Below are positions 55,901 through 64,000 of a stretch of DNA of 64,000 bases, piece by piece. The DNA is from the human T2T-CHM13v2.0 reference genome, Homo sapiens. The notes below the pieces were generated by a model. That model searched no databases and was not told where the DNA came from. It was given only the letters and a program-made list of their open reading frames with translations. Every line of letters begins with the position of its first letter. The stretch's first letter is position 1. The position numbers were made by a program, and so were the translations under genes. The DNA lies in assembly GCF_009914755.1 (NCBI RefSeq), contig NC_060948.1, one strand, 5' to 3'.

Positions 55901-58900
55901 CAAATGGAATGGAATCGAATGCAATGGAATGCTATGGAATGGAATGGAATGCATTGGAATGGAATGTCCTCTAATGGAATGGATTCGAGTGGAATGGAAT
56001 CGAATATAATGGAGTCGAATGAAATGGAATTGAAAGGAATGGGATCGAATACAATGGAATATACTGGAATGTAATGTAATGAACTCGAATGTAATTGACT
56101 GGAATGGAATGTATATGAATGGAATGTAATCGAATGGAAAGTAATCCAATGGAATAGAATCTAATGCAATAAAATCGACTCAGATAGAGTAGAATGTAAT
56201 GGAATGGAGTGCAGTGCAATGGAATGGAATGGAATGGAATGCAATGGAATGGAATGGAATGGGATGGAATGGTATGGAATGGATAGTAATGGACTGGAGT
56301 GAAATGGACTGGAAAGGAATGGACTCAAATTGAAAGGGCTCGAAAGGAATGGAGACAAATGGAATGGTCTTGAATGGAATGAACACGAATGTAATGCAAT
56401 CCAATAGAATAGAGTCGAATGGCATGGAATATAAAGAAATGGAATCGAAGAGAATGGAAACAAATGGAATGGAATTGAATGGAATGGAATTGAGTGGAAT
56501 GGGAACGAATGGAGTGAAATTGTATGCAGTAGAAGAGAATAGAATGGAATGCAAGCGAAAGGAAAGGAATGGATTGGAATGGAATGGAATTCATTGGAAT
56601 GGAAGGGAATGTAGTGTAATGGACAGGCCTGGAATAAAGTGGAATGCTACGGTCTCGAGTGGAATAAAAATGTATGGATTGGAATGCAATGAAACGGAAT
56701 CGAATGTCATAGAATGTAATGGAATGCAAAAAAATGGAATCCGAAATCATTGACTGGAAAGGCTGGGTGTCGAAAGGAATTGACTCCAATGGAATGGAAT
56801 CGAATGGAATGGAAGTGAATAGAATCGAACTAAATCGAATGGAATGGAATTGATAGGAACGGAATGGAAAGGAATGCAATGATTTGGCATGGAATGGAAT
56901 CGAATGGCATCGAATGGAATGGAATGGAATGCAATGGAATGGAATGTATTAGAATGTAATGAACTTTAATGGAATGTACTCGAAAGGATTTGACTGGAAT
57001 GGAATGTTCTGGAAGTGAATGGACTCCAATGGAATGGATTCGAAAGGAATGGAATCGTACGGAATGGAATCTAATGGAATGGAATTAAATGGAAATGAAT
57101 CAAATTGAATAGCACGGAATTGAATTGAATGGAATGGAATGCAATGGAATCTAATGAAACGGAAAGGAAAGGAATGCAATGGAATGGAATGGGCTGGAAT
57201 GGAAAGGAATCGAAACGAATGGAATGGAATCGAACTGAAGAGACTGGAATGGAATGCACTGGAATGGAAGGGAGTGTAATGGAAGGTTCTCGAAAAAAAT
57301 GGAATCGAATGGAATGGAATTGAGTGGAACGGAATAGAGTCGAATGGAATTGAATGGAATGGAATGGACTAGAGTGAAATGGAATCGAACCACAAGGAAT
57401 GGACAGGAATAGAATGGTCTCGAACTGAATGGAATCGTATGGAATGGCATCAAACGGAATGGAATGGACAGCCACGGAATGGAATGCACTCGAATGCAAT
57501 GGAGTCGAAACTAATGGACTGGAATAGAATGGACTCGACTGGTACGGACTCCAATGGAATGGAATCGAATGGAAGGGAATCGAACGGAATGGACTCAAAG
57601 GGAAAAGACTGCAATGGAACGGTCTCGAATGGAATGGAAATTAATGGAATGGAATGGAATCGAATGAAATGGAGTCAAAAGGAATGGAATCGAATGGCAA
57701 GAAATCGAATGTAATGGAATCGCAAGGAATTGATATGAACGGAACGGAATGGAATGGAATCCAAAGGAATGGAATAGAATGGAATGGAATCGAATGGAAA
57801 GGACTCGAATGGAAATCACTCGAATAGAATGCAATTTAATAAAATAGGATCAAATGTAATGGAATGGAATGGAAAGGAATCGAAACGAAAGGAATGGAGA
57901 CAGATGGAATGGAATGGAACAGATAGCAATGGTATACAATGGAATGGAATCATCTGGAATGGAATTGAATGGAATGCAATAATATGAAATGGAATGGAAT
58001 GGAATGGAATGGAATGCCCTTGAATTAAATGGACTGGACTCGAACAGAGTGGAATGGAAAGTGTTGAGATAGAATGGAATGGACTCCTTTGGAATGGTCT
58101 AGTATGCAATGCAATCGACTGGCAGGGAATCAAAAGGAATGTAATGGAATGGATTGGACTGGAATGCAATGGACTCGAATAGATTGGAAACGGAATGCAA
58201 AGGAATGGAATGGAATAGTATGGAATGGAATGGAAAGGAATGGAGTGGAATAGACTAGAGTGGAATGGAATGGACTGGAAAGCAATGGACTGGAATGAAA
58301 CTTTCTTGAATGGACTGGAATCAAACGGAATGGAATGCAATGCAATCAAATGGCATGGAATAAGATAGAATGAAAGAGAATCAAATGGAATTGAATCGAA
58401 TGGAATCGAATGGATTGGAAAGGAAGAGAATGGAATGGAATGGAATTGACTCAAATGGAATGGACTAGAATGGAATGGATTCCAATGGAAGGCAAAGGAA
58501 TGGAATCTATTGGAATGGACTGTAATGGAATGGAATGGAAGGGATTGGAATGGACTCGAATGGAATGGACTGCAATAGAAAGGATTCGAATGGAATGAAA
58601 AAGAATTGAATGGAATAGAACAGAATGGAATCAAATCGAATGAAATGGAATGGAATAGAAAGGAATGGAATGAAATGGAATGGAAAGGATTCGAATGGAA
58701 TGGAATCGAATGGAATGGAATCGAACGGAATGGAATAAAATGGAAGAAAACTGGCAAGAAATGGAATCGAAATGAATGGAGTGTTATGGAACGGACTCAA
58801 AAGGAATTGAATGTAATAGAATGGAGTGGAGTGGACTCGAATATAATGGACTGGAATGGAATGAAATCACATGGAATGGGAACGAATGGAATGGAATGGA

Positions 58901-59250
58901 AAGGAATGGAATCGAATGGAAAGGAATCGAACGGAAGGGAATGAAATTGAATCAACAGGAATGGAAGGGAATAGAATAGACTGTAATGGAATGGACACGA
59001 ATAGAATGGACACGAATGCTCAAATTGAATGGACTCGAATGGAATGGAAAGGAAAGGAAAGTCATCGAATGGAATTGAATCGATTGGAATGAAATCGCAT
59101 AGAATGGAGTGGAATCAAATGGAATTGAATCGAAAGGAAAGGAAGCGAATGGACTGAAATGAAATGGAATGGAATTGAATGGAAAGTAATGCAATGGAAT
59201 AGAATGGAACGAAATTTCACGGAATGGAATCAAACTGAATGGAATCAAAT
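49960..59250 (+). repeat. Divergent subfamily block (most of U15-U17); boundaries approximate
   Basis: Shared private variants GTTGAGATAG, GACTCCTTTGG and GGGCTGGAATGGAAAGG; a 15-bp insertion containing ATCGTACGG in U16/U17; no 20-bp duplication; many singleton changes. Confidence 0.8.
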
Positions 59251-62200
59251 CAATGGAATATAATCAAATGGAATGGAAAGGAATTGAATGGAGTAGATTG
59301 GATTGGATGGGATTGGAATGAAATGTACTGGAAAGGACTCGAATTTCATGAAACGGAATGGAATGAATTAGAACGGAATGGACTCGAATGGAATGGAATG
59401 TCATGGAATGGCATCAAATGGAATGGAATCGAATGCGATGGAATGCTATGGAATGGAATGGAATGCATTGGAATGGAATGTCCTCTAATGGAATGTATTC
59501 GAGTGGAATGGAATCGAATATAATGGAGTCTAATGAAATGGAATTGAAAGGAATGGGACCGAATACAATGGAATATACTGGAATGTAATGTAATGAACTC
59601 GAATGTAATTGACTGGAATGGAATGTACATGAATGGAATGTAATCGAATGGAAAGCAATCCAATGGAATAGAATCTAATGCAATAAAATCGACTCAAATA
59701 GAGTAGAATGTAATGGAATGGAGTGCAGTGCAATTGAATGGAATGGAATGGAATGCAATGGAATGGAATGGAATGGAATGGAATGGGATGGAATGGTATG
59801 GAATGGATAGTAATGGACTGGAGTGAAATGGACTGGAAAAGAATGGACTCAAATTGAAAGGGCTCGAAAGGAATGGAGTCAAATGGAATGGTCTGGAATG
59901 GAATGAACACGAATGTAATGCAATCCAATGGAATGGAATCGAATGGCATGGAATATAAAGAAATGGAATCGAAGAGAATGGAAACAAATGGAATGGAATT
60001 GAATGGAATGGAATTGAATGGAATGGGAACGAATGGAGTGAAATTGTATGCAGTAGAAGAGAATAGAATGGAATGCAAGCGAAAGGAAAGGAATGGATTG
60101 GAATGGAATGGAATTCATTGGAATGGAAGGGAATGTAGTGTAATGGACAGGCCTGGAATAAAGTGGAATGCTACGGTCTCGAATGGAATAAAAATGTATG
60201 GAATGGAATGCAATGAAACGGAATCGAATGTCATAGAATGTAATGGAATGCAAAAAAATGGACTCCAAAATCATTGACTGGAAAGGCTGGGGGTCGAAAG
60301 GAATTGACTCCAATGGAATGGAATCGAATGGAATGGAAGTGAATAGAATCGAACTAAATCGAATGGAATGGAATTGATAGGAACGGAATGGAAAGGAATG
60401 CAATGATTTGGCATGGAATGGAATCGAATGGCATCGAATGGAATGGAATGGATTGCAATGGAATGGAATGTATTAGAATGTAATGAACTTTAATGGAATG
60501 TACTCGAATGGATTCGACTGGAATGGAATGTTCAGGAAGTGAATGGACTCCAATGGAATGGATTCGAAAGGAATGGAATCTAATGGAATGGAATTAAATG
60601 GAAATGAATCAAATTGAATAGAACGGAATTGAATTGAATGGAATCGAATGCAATGGAATCTAATGAAACGGAAAGGAAAGGAATGGAATGGATTGGAATG
60701 GAATGGGCTGGAATGGAATGGAATCGAAACGAATGGAATGGAATCGAACTGAAGAGACTGGAATGGAATGCACTGGAATGGAAGGGAATGTAATGGAAGG
60801 TTCTCGAAAAAAATGGAATCGAAAGGAATGGAATTGAATGGAACGGAATAGAGTCGAATGGAATTCAATGGAATGGAATGGACTAGAGTGAAATGGAATC
60901 GAACCACAAGGAATGGACAGGAATAGAATGGTCTCGAATTGAATGGAATCGTATGGAATGGCATCAAACGGAATGGAATGGACAGCCACGGAATGGAATG
61001 GACACCCACGGAATGGAATGCACTCGAATGCAATGGAGTCGACACTAATGGACTGGAATAGAATGGACTCGACTGGTACGGAGTCCAATGGAATGGAATC
61101 GAATGGAAGGGAATCGAACGGAATGGACTCGAAGTGAAAAGACTGCAATGGAAAGGTCTCCAATGGAATGGAAATTAATGGAATGGAATGGAATCGAATG
61201 AAATGGAGTCAAAAGGAATGGAATCGAATGGCAAGAAATCGAATGTAATGGAATCGCAAGGAATGGATGTGAACGGAACGGAATGGAATGGAATCCAAAG
61301 GAATGGAATAGAATGGAATGGAATCGAATGGAAAGGACTCGAATGGAAATCACTCGAATAGAATGCAATTTAATAAAATAGGATCAAATGTAATGGAATG
61401 GAATGGAAAGGAATCGAAATGAAAGGAATGGAGACAGATGGAATGGAATGGAACAGAGAACAATGGTATAGAATGGAATGGAATAATCTGGAATGGAATT
61501 GAATGGAATGGAATAATATGAAATGGAATGGAATGGAATGGAATGCCCTTGAATTAAATGGACTGGAATGGAATGGACTCGAACAGAGTGGAATGGAAAG
61601 TGTTGAAATAGAATGGAATGGACTCGTTTGGAATGGTCTAGTAGGCAATGCAATCGACTGGCAGGGAATCAAAAGGAATGTAATCGAATGGATTGGACTG
61701 GAATGCAATGGACTCGAATAGATTGGAAACGGAAAGCAAAGGAATGGAATGGAATAGTATGGAATGGAATGGAAAGGAATGGAGTGGAATAGACTAGAGT
61801 GGAATGGAATGGACTCGAAAGCAATGGACTGGAATGGAACTTTCTTGAATGGACTGGAATCAAACGGAATGGAATGCAATGCAATCAAATGGCATGGAAT
61901 AAAATAGAATGAAAGAGAATCAAATGGAATTGAATCGAATGGAATCGAATGGATTGGAAAGGAATAGAATGGAATGGAATGGAATTGACTCAAATGGAAT
62001 GGACTAGAATGGAATGGATTCGAATGGAAGGCAAAGGAATGGAATCTATTGGAATGGACTGTAATGGAATGGAATGGAAGGGATTGGAATGGACTCGAAT
62101 GGAATGGACTGCCATAGAAAGGATTCGAATGGAATGAAAAAGAATTGAATGGAATAGAACAGAATGGAATCAAATCGAATGAAATGGAATGGAATAGAAA

Positions 62201-64000
62201 GGAATGGAATGAAATGGAATGGAAAGGATTCGAATGGAATGCAATCGAATGGAATGCAATCGAATGGAATGGAATCGAACGGAATGGAATAAAATGGAAG
62301 AAAACTGGCAAGAAATGGAATCGAAATGAATGGAGTGTTATGGAACGGACTCAAAAGGAATTGAATGTAATAGAATGGAGTGGAGTGGACTCGAATATAA
62401 TGGACTGGAATGGAATGAAATCACATGGAATGGGAACGAATGGAATGGAATGGAAAGGAATGGAATCGAATGGAAAGGAATCGAATGGAAGGGAATGAAA
62501 TTGAATCAACAGGAATGGAAGGGAGTAGAATAGACGGTAATGGAATGGACTCGAATAGAATGGACACGAATGCTCAAATTGAATGGACTCGAATGGAATG
62601 GAAACGAAAGGAATGTCATCGAATGGAATTGAATCGATTGGAATGAAATCACATAGAATGGAGTGGAATCAAATGGAATTGAATCGAAAGGAAAGGAAGC
62701 GAATGGACTGAAATGAAATGGAATGGAATTAAATGGAAATTAATGCAATGGAATAGAATGGAACGAAATTTCACGGAATGGAATCAAACTAAATGGAATC
62801 AAATCAATGGAATATAATCAAATGGAATGGAAAGGAATTGAATGGAGTAGATTGGATTGGATGGGATTGGAATGAAATGTACTGGAAAGGACTCGAATTT
62901 CATGAAACGGAATGGAATGAATTAGAACGGAATGGACTCGAATGGAATGGAATGTCATGGAATGGCATCAAATGGAATGGAATCGAATGCGATGGAATGC
63001 TATGGAATGGAATGGAATGCATTGGAATGGAATGTCCTCTAATGGAATGTATTCGAGTGGAATGGAATCGAATATAATGGAGTCTAATGAAAGGGAATTG
63101 AAAGGAATGGGACCGAATACAACGGAATATACTGGAATGTAATGTAATGAACTCGAATGTAATTGACTGGAATGGAATGTACATGAATGGAATGTAATCG
63201 AATGGAAAGCAATCCAATGGAATAGAATCTAATGCAATAAAATCGACTCAAATAGAGTAGAATGTAATGGAATGGAGTGCAGTGCAATGGAATGGAATGG
63301 AATGGAATGCAATGGAATGGAATGGAATGGAATGGAATGGGATGGAATGGTATGGAATGGATAGTAATGGACTGGAGTGAAATGGACTGGAAAAGAATGG
63401 ACTCAAATTGAAAGGTCTCGAAAGGAATGGAGTCAAATGGAATGGTCTGGAATGGAATGAACACGAATGTAATGCAATCCAATAGAATGGAATCGAATGG
63501 CATGGAATATAAAGAAATGGAATCGAAGAGAATGGAAACAAATGGAATGGAATTGAATGGAATGGAATTGAATGGAATGGGAACGAATGGAGTGAAATTG
63601 TATGCACTAGAAGAGAATAGAATGGAATGCAAGCGAAAGGAAAGGAATGGATTGGAATGGAATGGAATTCATTGGAATGGAAGGGAATGTAGTGTAATGG
63701 ACAGGGCTGGAATAAAGTGGAATGCTACGGTCTCGAATGGAATAAAAATGTATGGAATGGAATGCAATGAAACGGAATCGAATGTCATAGAATGTAATGG
63801 AATGCAAAAAAATGGACTCCAAAATCATTGACTGGAAAGGCTGGGTGTCGAAAGGAATTGACTCCAATGGAATGGAATCGAATGGAATGGAAGTGAATAG
63901 AATGGAACTAAATCGAATGGAATGGAATTGATAGGAACGGAATGGAAAGGAATGCAATGATTTGGCATGGAATGGAATCGAATGGCATCGAATGGAATGG

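Larger units (their letters stand above)
132..63702 (+). repeat. 18 complete ~3.5 kb monomer units (U1-U18)
   Basis: The A of the AGGCCT landmark (in GGACAGGCCTG) lies at 132, 3646, 7174, 10688, 14202, 17739, 21253, 24766, 28310, 31844, 35403, 38942, 42496, 46055 (AGGTCT), 49584, 53087, 56625, 60149 and 63703 (AGGGCT). Unit lengths are 3514, 3528, 3514, 3514, 3537, 3514, 3513, 3544, 3534, 3559, 3539, 3554, 3559, 3529, 3503, 3538, 3524 and 3554. The ORF track repeats with the same period. Confidence 0.95.
1..64000 (+). repeat. DYZ1: Human Satellite III (HSat3) tandem array, most likely the Y-specific DYZ1 family (Yq12); GGAAT strand on +
   Basis: The entire window is GGAAT pentamers and 1-2 base variants (CGAAT, AGAAT, TGAAT, GGACT, GCAAT, CAAAT) with a ~3.53 kb period and one conserved GGCC (in AGGCCT) per unit, as expected for the classic 3.4-3.6 kb HaeIII Y repeat. 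It contains exact matches to the DYZ1 primers as I recall them: TTGAATGGAATGGGAACGAATGG at 3511-3533 and the reverse complement of TCCACTTTATTCCAGGCCTGTCC at 3642-3664. Confidence 0.95.

Noticed and set aside
57816-62311. Longest ORFs (313 aa at 57816-58757 and 61370-62311; 310 aa at 33079; 305 aa at 54311)
   Set aside because: They arise when pentamer indels or single substitutions fuse stop-free frames. They have the same low-complexity content and are not conserved between units.
6-63957. Hundreds of 60-313 aa ORFs (MEWNG-rich on +, FHSIP-rich on -)
   Set aside because: They are direct translations of (GGAAT)n/(ATTCC)n, which lacks stop codons. They overlap in all frames, recur with the satellite period, are broken at random between units and show no domain-like sequence.
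1-64000. Possible CRISPR-like repeat-spacer array
   Set aside because: There are no unique spacers; the irregular segments are themselves repeated every 3.5 kb. No cas genes are present and the sequence is a eukaryotic satellite.
1-64000. HSat2, telomeric repeat, alpha satellite, or DYZ2/Alu/L1 interruption
   Set aside because: I saw no dominant CATTCGATTC/ATCATCGAAT HSat2 pattern, no TTAGGG, no 171-bp monomer and no AT-rich or Alu-like segment.
1-64000. Inversion or strand switch
   Set aside because: The purine-rich GGAAT strand stays on + throughout and no ATTCC runs were seen on +.

Overview
The whole 64 kb window is one uninterrupted, single-orientation array of human Satellite III (HSat3): a diverged (GGAAT)n/(ATTCC)n pentamer organised into a ~3.5 kb tandem unit. 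The unit length, the once-per-unit HaeIII/StuI site and exact matches to the Y1.1/Y1.2 sexing primers (recalled from memory) identify it as most likely DYZ1 from Yq12 heterochromatin. Using the AGGCCT landmark I count 18 complete units (3503-3559 bp, mean about 3532 bp). I see no credible protein-coding genes, RNA genes, transposons, CRISPR arrays or DYZ2/Alu interruptions; all listed ORFs are translation artefacts of the pentamer. I found no novel protein-based system. The notable content is structural and regulatory: three perfect heat-shock elements (nGAAnnTTCnnGAAn) per unit in a dense TEAD-motif background, a local ~10.56 kb trimeric higher-order repeat, a subfamily defined by a 20-bp duplication, a recent one-unit duplication, a divergent ~9 kb block, apparent gene-conversion patches, and unit lengths quantised in 5/15-bp steps. 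All variant comparisons were done by eye, not by alignment.
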